The notes beneath the pieces were generated by a model. It saw nothing but the letters and a program-made list of their open reading frames with translations, did not search any database and had not been told where the DNA came from. DNA of 50,152 nucleotides from Actinomycetes bacterium (GTDB lineage: Bacteria; Actinomycetota; Actinomycetes; Nanopelagicales; Nanopelagicaceae). Shown one piece after another: positions 22,765-31,945 of this stretch (the stretch's first letter is position 1; each line of letters opens with the position of its first letter). The position numbers and the translations under genes were made by a program. The stretch is from assembly GCA_025355805.1 (NCBI GenBank), contig JANXYY010000070.1, positions 1 to 50,152 of the forward strand, given 5' to 3'.

Positions 22765-23085
22765 CTAATTTTGCGGCGGTTCGATTGTATTCTTTTCGAA
22801 ATTGGTTGCCTCGTTCACACCGGCGGTCGGTTCGCGTCCTGCGTTCGCGATCACCACAGAGATGTATGGCAAGAAGAGAGCGCCCACCAAAAAGATCCAG
22901 CGCCATGGGCTTGGAAAAATTACCATCAAGATGAAACAGAGAGTACGAATCATCATCGAGATAAAATAACGACGCTGGCGACCAGCCACATCCTCGCGTA
23001 ACGAGGTACGCACTGTTGTGATCGAATGTGAGCGTCGTTTACGACGGTGCTTAAACATCCGGCGCAGATCTGTCTTAAGATTCAC
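22765..23085 (-). CDS. Small membrane protein, DUF3099-like
   Basis: A 106-aa ORF with a basic N-terminus and two TM helices (RRYFISMMIRTLCFILMVIF..., IFLVGALFLPYISVVIANA). The family assignment is from memory of actinobacterial DUF3099 proteins. Confidence 0.6.
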   Translation of the reverse strand: MNLKTDLRRMFKHRRKRRSHSITTVRTSLREDVAGRQRRYFISMMIRTLCFILMVIFPSPWRWIFLVGALFLPYISVVIANAGREPTAGVNEATNFEKNTIEPPQN

Positions 23086-23140
23086 CCAGTAAGCCTACGT
23101 CGATAGTAGGTTCTACCCCTAGGCGAAATTAGGAGGGTGC

Positions 23141-23851
23141 GTGAATAGCGCGAGATCGGTCCTCATCACGGGGGGTAACCGTGGCATTGGCTTGGCCACC
23201 GCCAGGGCTTTTGTCGCCGCAGGTGACAACGTCACAATCACGTACCGCAGCGGGCAGGCACCCGATGGATTCCACGCAGTACGCGCGGACGTTACCTCAT
23301 CCGAGGAGGTCGACGCAGCCTTCGCGACGGCAGAAGAACGGTTCGGTCCCGTTGAGATCCTGGTCGCCAATGCTGGCTTGACTCGAGATGGTTTGATCCT
23401 TCGAATGAGTGATGAAGATTTCAACGATGTGATGGATGCCAACTTGGTGGGTGCGTTCCGGTGCGCAAGAAGGGCTGCGAAAGGAATGTTGCGGCTCAAA
23501 CGTGGTCGTCTGATCTTCGTGGGATCAGTTGTTGGTCTTCTTGGCTCGGCTGGGCAGACCAATTACTCAGCAACCAAAGCTGGTTTGATCGGATTGGCCC
23601 GTTCGCTCTCGCGTGAACTTGGCTCGCGTTCGATCACTGCAAATGTGGTGGCTCCTGGATTTGTGGAAACCGATATGACTTCGGAACTCGATGCTGACCG
23701 TAAAAGCCAAATTCTCACTTCGGTTCCATTGGCTCGTTTCGCTACGGCTTCCGAGATCGCCGAAGTAATACGATTCATTGCCTCAGATGCGGCGGGATAT
23801 ATAACTGGGGCCGTAATCCCAGTCGATGGTGGATTGGGAATGGGGCATTAA
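23141..23851 (+). CDS. fabG: 3-oxoacyl-ACP reductase (SDR; MabA/FabG1-like)
   Basis: A 236-aa ORF with TGGNRGIG, NAG and YSATKAG (YxxxK). It is directly followed by an InhA-like gene. Confidence 0.88.
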   Translation: MNSARSVLITGGNRGIGLATARAFVAAGDNVTITYRSGQAPDGFHAVRADVTSSEEVDAAFATAEERFGPVEILVANAGLTRDGLILRMSDEDFNDVMDANLVGAFRCARRAAKGMLRLKRGRLIFVGSVVGLLGSAGQTNYSATKAGLIGLARSLSRELGSRSITANVVAPGFVETDMTSELDADRKSQILTSVPLARFATASEIAEVIRFIASDAAGYITGAVIPVDGGLGMGH

Positions 23852-23853
23852 CA

Positions 23854-24627
23854 ATGGGAATTCTTGAAGGTAAGCGGATTTTAGTAACTGGCGTGCTGAC
23901 TGAGGCATCGATCGCATTCCATGTCGCACGACTGGCACAAGCCGAAGGTGCCCAAGTGGTGCTCTCTTCCTATGGACGAGTGTTTCGACTCACTGAACGG
24001 ATCGCTGCCCGCTTGCCGGAGAGTGCGCCGGTCATCGAACTTGATGTCACCTCAAACGATGATCTCGCCGCGCTCGCCGAACGGGTTAAGGAACACGTTG
24101 ATGGCCTGGATGGAGTTCTTCACTCGATTGCGTTCGCACCCGAAGCAGCTCTGGGCGGTAATTTTTTAAATACTGAATGGGCCGACGTCGCGACCGCGAT
24201 ACAGGTCTCTGCGTATTCGCTGAAGTCCTTAACCATGGCGTGCCGGCCTCTCTTCGATCCCCAGAAGGGTGCAAGCATCGTCGGTTTAGATTTTGATGCC
24301 ACAGTGGCCTGGCCAAAGTACGACTGGATGGGGGTGGCGAAAGCCGCTCTAGAATCTTGCGCACGTTACCTTGCGCGCGATTTGGGTCATGAGGATATTC
24401 GGGTCAATCTCATTGCTGCCGGGCCACTCAAGACTTTGGCCGCCAAATCAATCCCGGGTTTTGAAGAATTTGAAAATCTTTGGGATCACCGAGCTGCTCT
24501 GCGATGGGATGTCTCAGACCCAGAGCCAGCTGCCCGTGCCGCGGTTGCCCTCTTCTCCGATTGGTTCCCGAAAACTACAGGTGAAATCATTCACGTCGAT
24601 GGCGGTGTACACGCAATCGGTGGCTAG
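23854..24627 (+). CDS. fabI: Enoyl-ACP reductase [NADH] (FabI/InhA type)
   Basis: A 257-aa ORF with the N-terminus GKRILVTGV...SIAF, HSIAFAP, YDWMGVAKAALES (Y-x6-K) and the C-terminal IHVDGG. Confidence 0.88.
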   Translation: MGILEGKRILVTGVLTEASIAFHVARLAQAEGAQVVLSSYGRVFRLTERIAARLPESAPVIELDVTSNDDLAALAERVKEHVDGLDGVLHSIAFAPEAALGGNFLNTEWADVATAIQVSAYSLKSLTMACRPLFDPQKGASIVGLDFDATVAWPKYDWMGVAKAALESCARYLARDLGHEDIRVNLIAAGPLKTLAAKSIPGFEEFENLWDHRAALRWDVSDPEPAARAAVALFSDWFPKTTGEIIHVDGGVHAIGG

Positions 24628-24642
24628 CCGATACCGTTAAAT

Positions 24643-25125
24643 ATGCCCACGCTCTACTTACTTAGACATGCCAAGGCGGAGAAGGCAGTAAAACATGCCT
24701 GGGATCCAGCCGAGGATCGCAGTCGCCCACTCACAGCGGGTGGAATGGCCGATGCAACGGCGGTTGGACGCTGGTTTCGGGTCCGTAATTTGATTCCCGG
24801 GCTTGCCCTTGTCTCACCGGCCAAGCGAACTCTGCAGACGTGGCAGCTTGCCGCCAACGAGTTGGGAGCCTGGCTGCCAATCAGGGTGGAAGAGGCACTT
24901 TACGAAGCCAGTGTTGAGGATCTCCTTCGAATCATTCGAGGGTTGCCGCCCCAATTCACCAGCGCCCTGGTAGTTGGCCACGACCCGTCTCTCAGCGATT
25001 TTCTGGGCTCCGATTTGGCTACCTGCTCGCTGGCAAGGATCGAGTTGGATGACTGGAACTCTCTCACGCCTGAGCCGACTGGAGTCAAGATTCGTCGGAT
25101 TAGGTCGGGGGATGACGACGCCTAA
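24643..25125 (+). CDS. Histidine phosphatase family protein (SixA-like)
   Basis: A 160-aa ORF with the N-terminal LYLLRHAKA (RHG/RHA motif) and a later VVGHDPS motif. Confidence 0.75.
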   Translation: MPTLYLLRHAKAEKAVKHAWDPAEDRSRPLTAGGMADATAVGRWFRVRNLIPGLALVSPAKRTLQTWQLAANELGAWLPIRVEEALYEASVEDLLRIIRGLPPQFTSALVVGHDPSLSDFLGSDLATCSLARIELDDWNSLTPEPTGVKIRRIRSGDDDA

Positions 25126-25258
25126 CAAATAGTGACCAAAGGCTTAGCAGAAAATTACAAACCCCTGCTTCGCGGACGCCTATTAGATATGGAGCAGTGC
25201 AAGTCGGGCAGAGCAACACTTGAAGAGTTCGCCGTCGTCCCAGAAGAGGCAGGTAGTC

Positions 25259-27328
25259 GTGGGCAGCATCCGAATTGGGATCGACACCGGGGGCACTTTC
25301 ACGGATGTGGTAGCTCTAGACGAAATCAGTGGACGAATTGTCACCACCAAGACTCCTTCGACTCCGAGCGATCCAGCCGATGGCTTCATGAACGGGATCG
25401 ACAAGGTCTTAAAGTTGATTGGGGCCGACTCGACGGAGATCATCTCGGTAAGCCATGGAACCACTGTGGCCACTAATCAACTCCTTGAAGAAAAGATCGA
25501 TGAACTTGGATTCATTACTACTGAAGGTTATGAATTCATTCTTGAAATTGCTAGGCAATCTGTCCCAGACGGCTATGGAAATTCATATTTTTGGGTTAAA
25601 CCACCACGCCTAGTCCCAGCGGATCTCGTGCGGACCGTAGGTGGTCGAATGAATTCGAGGGGAGAAGAAATACGGCCCTTTAACCGTGACGATGCAGTAG
25701 CGGCAGCGCGGTACTTGAAGCAACGTGGGATAAATACACTCGGAGTCTGTTTCCTGCACTCATACGCTAATCCCGCTCATGAATTGGCTATGCGCGAAGT
25801 TCTGCGAGTGGAACACCCCGATGCAGTTCTCTCAATTTCGAGCGAAGTTTTGCGCGAATATCGCGAATATGAACGTTCGATAACGACGTTGGTTGACGCA
25901 GCGGTAAAGCCACGGGTCGCTCGCTATATTGCCAATATCAAGTCTCGCCTCGATACCTTCACCGCCGACCTGATCCCGTTCTACGTTATGAAAAGCAATG
26001 GTGGCGTCCTATCGGCCGATGAGGTTGTGCATCAGCCGATCACCACAGTCCTGTCGGGCCCCGCCGCAGGCGCCTTAGGCGCCGCATTGATCGCGCAGCG
26101 AGCGGGTTTCGATCGAGTGCTCACCTGTGACGGCGGAGGTACTTCTACCGATGTGAGTGTCGTGATTAACGGCGAGCCGACCCTGACGACCGAAGGAAGC
26201 GTTGGTCGCTACCCAAGCAAAATACCGATGATCGATGTCGTAACGGTCGGAGCAGGCGGTGGCTCGATTGCGTGGATCTCACCAGAAGGAACTCTCAAAG
26301 TCGGACCTAAATCAGCTGGTGCAGACCCCGGGCCAATGTGTTATGGAAAAGGTGGCACCGCGCCAACTATTACTGACGCACATCTTGTGCTCGGACGGAT
26401 CCCACCACACTTACTCGGAGGTGAGATCCCACTTCAGTTGTCTGCGGCCGAGACCGGAATTGCGGACTTGGCTCAGCGAATTGGGCGAACGCTGGAAGAC
26501 TGCGCCACCGGAATTCTAGAAATCTCGGCTTGGAATCAAGCAAATGCACTTCGACAAATCACGGTTAAGCGCGGTCTAGATGTTCGAGATTTTTATCTAA
26601 CGACTTTTGGCGGGTCAGGATCGCTACTCCTTTGCCGACTGATCGATATCTTGAGTCTGGCAGGTGTGATCGTGCCCTTGAATCCAGGAAATCTTTCGGC
26701 CTTTGGTTTGCTCACCGTGGACGTGAAAAACGATTACGTCCAAACTTCCGTTGCCCAGCATGGAGACCTTGATCTAAATCTGGTGGAGCAATTATTTAGT
26801 GAACTTAGCCAGAAGGCAGCAATTGCACTGGATAAAGAAGGTTTTGCTCGCGCTTCTCATCAATATCGGCGGACGGCAGATCTTCGATATTTCGGTCAAG
26901 CCTACGAAGTTCGAGTTGATTGCCCATCCGGAGAAATCAATCTTGGGTGGGCAGCCCGAGTCGCAGAAAACTTTCACTCCGAACATGAACGTCTCTATGG
27001 ATACTGCTTCCGCGGAGATCCACGTCAACAGGTCGAGTGGGTTAACTTCCGAGTTTCTGGAATAGGACCAATTCGACGGCCCGAGGTCTTAGAAATGCTG
27101 GTGGGTGATGGCAACCATGAACGTGCTCGCTCTGGAGATCGCCAAATCTGGTTCGACGGACCGCGCATCACTACGCCAATTTATTCGCGAGCTTTGCTCG
27201 CGCCGGGCGACCAAATCCTCGGACCCGCAATTATCGAAGAGTTTGGTTCAACGATCCCGATCCATCCGGGATTCAAAGTTCGGATTGATGCATTTGGCAA
27301 TTTGATTGTCACCAAGGAGAGTGAGTGA
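25259..27328 (+). CDS. Hydantoinase/oxoprolinase family, A (ATP-binding, ASKHA-fold) subunit
   Basis: The N-terminus IRIGIDTGGTFTD is present, and a second phosphate-binding motif CDGGGTSTDVS lies mid-protein. I prefer GTG 25259, which has AGAAGAGG upstream, over the track's TTG 25220. The 3' end overlaps the next gene by 4 nt. Confidence 0.85.
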   Translation: MGSIRIGIDTGGTFTDVVALDEISGRIVTTKTPSTPSDPADGFMNGIDKVLKLIGADSTEIISVSHGTTVATNQLLEEKIDELGFITTEGYEFILEIARQSVPDGYGNSYFWVKPPRLVPADLVRTVGGRMNSRGEEIRPFNRDDAVAAARYLKQRGINTLGVCFLHSYANPAHELAMREVLRVEHPDAVLSISSEVLREYREYERSITTLVDAAVKPRVARYIANIKSRLDTFTADLIPFYVMKSNGGVLSADEVVHQPITTVLSGPAAGALGAALIAQRAGFDRVLTCDGGGTSTDVSVVINGEPTLTTEGSVGRYPSKIPMIDVVTVGAGGGSIAWISPEGTLKVGPKSAGADPGPMCYGKGGTAPTITDAHLVLGRIPPHLLGGEIPLQLSAAETGIADLAQRIGRTLEDCATGILEISAWNQANALRQITVKRGLDVRDFYLTTFGGSGSLLLCRLIDILSLAGVIVPLNPGNLSAFGLLTVDVKNDYVQTSVAQHGDLDLNLVEQLFSELSQKAAIALDKEGFARASHQYRRTADLRYFGQAYEVRVDCPSGEINLGWAARVAENFHSEHERLYGYCFRGDPRQQVEWVNFRVSGIGPIRRPEVLEMLVGDGNHERARSGDRQIWFDGPRITTPIYSRALLAPGDQILGPAIIEEFGSTIPIHPGFKVRIDAFGNLIVTKESE

Positions 27329-29166
27329 TGTCAATCGATGCCATTCTGGTTGAAATTGTTGAAGGGACGCTCGCTTCAGTTGAGATGGAAGTGGAAACGG
27401 CAATCGCTAGGACCTCCCGATCGCCAATGATTCGCGATGCGCACGATTTTCGCGCCGGTATCCATGATCGAAAATTGCGAAAACTGACGGGACGCTCTTA
27501 TTCGGCTCTAGTCCACCCAATCGTGAGGGATTACCCGCTTGAATCGATGCGTCAGGGAGATGTCTTTTTTCACAACGACGTCTACCAGTCTGAAGGCGGA
27601 ATAGGCCACTTGCCCGATCTTTGCGTGACGGTCCCCGTCTTTCACCTTGGCGAAGTCGTCGCATTCGTTCAGGCATTCGGCCACCACGACGATATCGGGG
27701 GCGCATGCCCTGGCTCGATGCCGTCCGGCGCCACGAGCGTCTTCGAAGAGGGTCTGATGGTGCCTCCGATTCGTCTTTGGGACCAAGGGATTCCAAACGA
27801 ATCGGCGCTTAAAATCATGACCAGAAATTCCCGGATGCCAGATTCGTTGGCAGCCGATCTTGATGCCGAATGTTCGGCTTGTTTGATGGGTGCGCAACGG
27901 TTGTCTGAATTATTTGACCGTTATGGTCGGGAAACAATTGAGAGTTGCTTTGATGCGATTCTGGATAAGACGACTGAAACTTATAAGCGAGAGATCCTAT
28001 CCAAGATCCCGGATGGCACTTTTGTTTGGGAAGATTACGCTGAACATGATGGCGTTGACGCACCGCGGTTGCACACCCAGCGCATTACTTTGACGAAGAC
28101 TCCGGAGAAAATCATTATCGACTTCACTGGAACCTCTCCTCAAGCGAAGGGCCCAATCAATCACTGTGGCGATTATGCCGATGGAAACTTTCTCAAAAAA
28201 TGGCTTGCACCGATTCTTCGTAATCTTGCTGACACTCCCGAACGAATGGCTGAGTTGGATGTAAATGAAGGCGTTGTTCCGCTCATCGAAATGATCTTTC
28301 CACCGAAAGGGACCTTACTTACCCCCATCTTCCCAGCTCCAACCAATGCCAGAACCTTCGTAATCTTGCGACTTCTCGGGGTTCTCGCGGGAGTCTTGGC
28401 AAAAGCCGTTGATGGCAAGATGCCGGCGGATCAAGAGACCATCCGTTACACGGGTGTTTATGGCGACGATTTAGCTGGTGACTCGTATCTGATGCGTGAA
28501 GTTTTGGGTGGTGGTTCTGGTGGACGCTATTACGCCGATGGCGAGGACACGATCCATGTGGTCCCGGATTCGCGAAACCTACCCACCGAATTTACTGAAT
28601 CGCGATTCCCATTCATTGTCGAGCGACTTGGACTTGCAATTGATTCGGGGGGTGCTGGACGTTACCGAGGTGGCCTTGGCTACGAAAAGCACATCCGAAT
28701 GCTGAAGGATGCAAATTTTATGAGTATCGCTGATCGTTCGATTCTCGCTTGTTGGGGATTGAAGGGTGGTAAAGCAGGAGCCTCTTTCTCGGTGACCATT
28801 GATGTCGGGGGCGCTAACGAACGCAACATCGATGCCCTAGCCGACGCTGCACCAGTGAAACAAGGGGAGATCATCCGAATCCGAACCACCGGTGGCGGAG
28901 GATGGGGAGACCCGCTGCTGCGGCCCTTTGCCGATGTCGAACGGGATCTTAGGTGGGGCAAAGTGTCTTTCGCCGGCGCCCAAACCGATTATGGGGTGAT
29001 CGCATCAGGAACCAAAGACGATCCACTGATCGACGTTACCGCCTCAATCGAACTGCGCAAGGAGTTATCTGCGCTCAGAACAGGGCTAGAACCATTTTTC
29101 GACCGCGGACCTGGTTACGCTCAACTTTCGGGCGGAAAACTATTTGCGGAGGTTGATTTCGTGTGA
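27325..29166 (+). CDS. Hydantoinase/oxoprolinase family, B subunit
   Basis: A 613-aa ORF with a typical HyuB N-terminus (DAILVEIVEGTLASVEMEVETAIARTSRSPMIRDAHDF), ...FHNDVY...GHLPD... and the C-terminal GGGGWGDP. Confidence 0.85.
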   Translation: MMSIDAILVEIVEGTLASVEMEVETAIARTSRSPMIRDAHDFRAGIHDRKLRKLTGRSYSALVHPIVRDYPLESMRQGDVFFHNDVYQSEGGIGHLPDLCVTVPVFHLGEVVAFVQAFGHHDDIGGACPGSMPSGATSVFEEGLMVPPIRLWDQGIPNESALKIMTRNSRMPDSLAADLDAECSACLMGAQRLSELFDRYGRETIESCFDAILDKTTETYKREILSKIPDGTFVWEDYAEHDGVDAPRLHTQRITLTKTPEKIIIDFTGTSPQAKGPINHCGDYADGNFLKKWLAPILRNLADTPERMAELDVNEGVVPLIEMIFPPKGTLLTPIFPAPTNARTFVILRLLGVLAGVLAKAVDGKMPADQETIRYTGVYGDDLAGDSYLMREVLGGGSGGRYYADGEDTIHVVPDSRNLPTEFTESRFPFIVERLGLAIDSGGAGRYRGGLGYEKHIRMLKDANFMSIADRSILACWGLKGGKAGASFSVTIDVGGANERNIDALADAAPVKQGEIIRIRTTGGGGWGDPLLRPFADVERDLRWGKVSFAGAQTDYGVIASGTKDDPLIDVTASIELRKELSALRTGLEPFFDRGPGYAQLSGGKLFAEVDFV

Positions 29167-30332
29167 CTAGCGGTCCGCTAGCCGGTGTCGTCGTAATCGA
29201 TTTATCACGCGCACTAGCTGGTCCACATGCGGCGATGATGCTCGGAGATATGGGCGCTCGCGTAATTAAAGTTGAGAATCCAGATGGCGGTGATGACACC
29301 CGCGGCTGGGGCCCACCTTTCGTAGGCCAGGCTCAGGCAATTGAGTCAACATATTTTCTATCGTGCAATCGCAACAAGGAATCGATCACTCTTGACTTGA
29401 AAGCAGAGAACGGCAAGACGATTCTCGAACGGTTAATTAAACAGGCGGATGTTCTCGTCGAAAATTTTAGGCCAGGAGTCATGGATCGCCTGGGCTTCGA
29501 CAATGAACATTTACACGAACTGAATCCGAGGCTGGTAATACTTTCGATTTCGGGATTCGGTCATGATGGTCCTGAGGGTGGCCGTGCTGGTTACGACCAA
29601 ATAGCTCAGGGCGAAGCTGGCCTGATGTCTCTAACGGGTTCCTCGCCGGATGAACCAACTCGCGTAGGTGTTCCGATTGGCGATCTACTGGCCGGCATGT
29701 ACGGCGCGTATGGTGCGGTCGCGGCACTCCACGAACGAAATAGCACTGGTATTGGCCGAGTCGTGCGAACTTCACTGCTTGCCTCGATCGTGGGCGTTCA
29801 CGCGTTTCAAGGAACTCGCTACACGGTTGCTGGAGAGATTCCCAAAGCCAGCGGCAACCACCATCCATCTATCGTTCCTTATGGACTTTTTCATTGCAGT
29901 GATGGATTTTTGCAAATCGCGATCGGCTCAGAAAATTTGTGGCGTTTATTTGCACCCGCCTTTGGAGTTGACAAACCTGTCTACGCAACGAACGCGTTAC
30001 GCGTCGGCGCCCGCATTGAATTAGTTGGTGAAATCGAAGCGGCCTTCGCCACCTGGAGTGTCGTGAATCTACTCGAGAGGCTTACAAACTTAGGAATTCC
30101 ATCTGGTGAGGTCCGCTCGCTCGATCGAGTTTATGAATGGGATCAGACCAAATCGCAAGGGCTCTTAATGGATGTTGAGCATTCATCACTCGGCCTAATT
30201 ACGATTCCAGGACCGCCGCTTCGCATCGAAGGAGTTGGATCTATCGGTCATCGTCCAGACCCTCTAGCTCCACCTCGATTGGGCGAACATACGGATTCAA
30301 TTTTGTCGTGGCTTGATTCCCTTGACGCTTAA
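29163..30332 (+). CDS. Type III (CaiB/BaiF/Frc family) CoA-transferase
   Basis: A 389-aa ORF with N-terminal VVIDLSRALAGPHAAMMLGDMGARVIKVENP...GDDTRGWGPPF and the ENFRPG motif. The conserved Asp context is GVPIGDLLAGMYGA. Its GTG start overlaps the hyuB stop (GTGA). Confidence 0.85.
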   Translation: MTSGPLAGVVVIDLSRALAGPHAAMMLGDMGARVIKVENPDGGDDTRGWGPPFVGQAQAIESTYFLSCNRNKESITLDLKAENGKTILERLIKQADVLVENFRPGVMDRLGFDNEHLHELNPRLVILSISGFGHDGPEGGRAGYDQIAQGEAGLMSLTGSSPDEPTRVGVPIGDLLAGMYGAYGAVAALHERNSTGIGRVVRTSLLASIVGVHAFQGTRYTVAGEIPKASGNHHPSIVPYGLFHCSDGFLQIAIGSENLWRLFAPAFGVDKPVYATNALRVGARIELVGEIEAAFATWSVVNLLERLTNLGIPSGEVRSLDRVYEWDQTKSQGLLMDVEHSSLGLITIPGPPLRIEGVGSIGHRPDPLAPPRLGEHTDSILSWLDSLDA

Positions 30333-31838
30333 GTGAGCAGCGCTTCGATGACGAAACGATTGAGTGCCGAAGAGTTAATCATGATGGTGCTTGATCCAGG
30401 TTCATTTATTTCTTGGGATCACAATATTGATGATCCAGCCAACGCCTCCATGCAATACCTTGCAGAACTAAGCCAAGCACGTGCCAAATCTGGAACCACT
30501 GAAGCGATTCTCACTGGGGAGGGTTTCATCAAGGGTCGCAAGGTGGCAATCGTGATCGGCGAGTTCGCGTTTCTGGCTGGCTCAATTGGGGTGGGTGCAG
30601 CGACTCGCATAATCGAGGCATTCGAACGGGCTACTCGTGAACGCTTGCCGCTTCTAGCCGCACCGGTCTCTAGTGGTACGAGAATGCAAGAGGGAACGCT
30701 CGCTTTCATGCAGATGGTGGGAATCACTGGAGCTGTCGTGGCTCATAAGGCAGCAGGCTTGCCTTACTTGGTTTATTTACGGCATCCAACAACTGGTGGG
30801 GTCCTTGCCTCGTGGGGTTCGCTTGGGCATGTAACCGTCGCCGAACCTGGAGCACTAATTGGCTTCCTTGGCCCACGTGTTTACCAGGCGCTTCATGGTC
30901 AACCATTCCCCAAAAATGTACAGACCTCCGAAAATCTTTTCGCACACGGTCTTTTGGACGCCGTTCTTGCACCTGAACGTTTGGCTGAGATCACCTCAAG
31001 GGCTCTGACGGTTCTGGCTCCTGATCACAACACTTTTAGGACTGTGCCAACAATCGAAAAGGAACCACTTGCAGAGCACACCGCCTGGGAATCCATCACT
31101 CTCACTCGGGCGGCAAATCGGCCAGGAGTTCGTTCACTTCTGCGCTACGGCGCTAATAATGTTTTGCGACTACACGGAACCGGCGAAGGGGAGAGTCAAC
31201 CAACTTTGCTATTGGCTTTGGCACGCTTTGGCAACGCCCCATGCATCCTGCTTGCCCAAGATCGGGTTAACGGCGATAGACCTTTGGGACCGGCTGGTTT
31301 ACGTGAAGCTCGACGTGGGATGAAATTGGCATCCGAGTTAAAAATACCTTTGGTCACTGTGATTGACACTCCTGGCGCCTCGCTCTCTAAGGAGTCGGAG
31401 GAAGGCGGCTTAGCCGGCGAGATTGCGCGTTCGTTGGCTGACCAGATCGCCCTCGATGCACCCACACTGTGTGTCTTGTTGGGCCAAGGCGGCGGTGGCG
31501 GAGCCTTGGCCATTCTGCCGGCCGATCGGGTGATTGCAGCTGAACACGCATGGCTTTCACCGCTGCCTCCCGAAGGTGCCTCGATAATCGTTCATCGGAC
31601 CACCGATTTCGCGCCCCAAATGGCAGCTGAGCAGGGGGTGCGAGCGCGAGACCTCCTTGCAGCGGGAATCGTCGATCGCATTGTCGCCGAGCGACCAGAT
31701 TCCGCTCGGGAACCCGAGGAATTTGCTAAGCGTCTGTCGCAAATACTTGAGCATGAGTTGATCGCCCTAATCGAGGCTGATCCGATCCAGCGCCTGGCCA
31801 AACGTTTAGCCAGATATCGGAATCTAGGTCGGAATTAA
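30333..31838 (+). CDS. Fused carboxyltransferase (AccD-like beta half plus AccA-like alpha half)
   Basis: A 501-aa ORF. The N-terminal half aligns by eye to AccD (FAFLAGSIGVGAA..., SSGTRMQEG, PTTGGVLASW, AEPGALIGFLGPRV) but lacks the AccD Cys4 zinc ribbon. The C-terminal half aligns to AccA (RPLGPAGLREARRGMKLASELKIPLVTVIDTPGA..., GQGGGGGALA, LSPLPPEGASII). The start could instead be ATG 30348. Confidence 0.8.
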   Translation: MSSASMTKRLSAEELIMMVLDPGSFISWDHNIDDPANASMQYLAELSQARAKSGTTEAILTGEGFIKGRKVAIVIGEFAFLAGSIGVGAATRIIEAFERATRERLPLLAAPVSSGTRMQEGTLAFMQMVGITGAVVAHKAAGLPYLVYLRHPTTGGVLASWGSLGHVTVAEPGALIGFLGPRVYQALHGQPFPKNVQTSENLFAHGLLDAVLAPERLAEITSRALTVLAPDHNTFRTVPTIEKEPLAEHTAWESITLTRAANRPGVRSLLRYGANNVLRLHGTGEGESQPTLLLALARFGNAPCILLAQDRVNGDRPLGPAGLREARRGMKLASELKIPLVTVIDTPGASLSKESEEGGLAGEIARSLADQIALDAPTLCVLLGQGGGGGALAILPADRVIAAEHAWLSPLPPEGASIIVHRTTDFAPQMAAEQGVRARDLLAAGIVDRIVAERPDSAREPEEFAKRLSQILEHELIALIEADPIQRLAKRLARYRNLGRN

Positions 31839-31945
31839 GCGAGCGCTGGTTTTCGATTGCGGGTGGCATTTTGCGCCCGTGATTCCATTGACTCTGGGCA
31901 AACTCTGCCCGCTTGTTCACGGCACTGTTAGGGCAGGCTAGACAA

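Noticed and set aside
25132-25476. A 114-aa ORF (GTG start) spanning the SixA/HyuA gap and the first ~250 nt of hyuA in another frame. It could have been a small regulator for the accessory block.
   Set aside because: Most of it overlaps the conserved HyuA N-terminal ATP-binding region (IGIDTGGTFTD) out of frame. There is no SD, and the translation is Arg/Gly/His-rich with no HTH-like segment.
31839-31945. Two small hairpins (31860-31879 and 31896-31910) and a direct repeat ACTCTG x2 in the gap between the carboxyltransferase and the carbamate kinase, as a terminator or riboswitch.
   Set aside because: The stems are only 5-6 bp, there is no U-tract, and nothing resembles a riboswitch class I know. 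I note the gap only as a possible transcription-unit boundary within the main finding.
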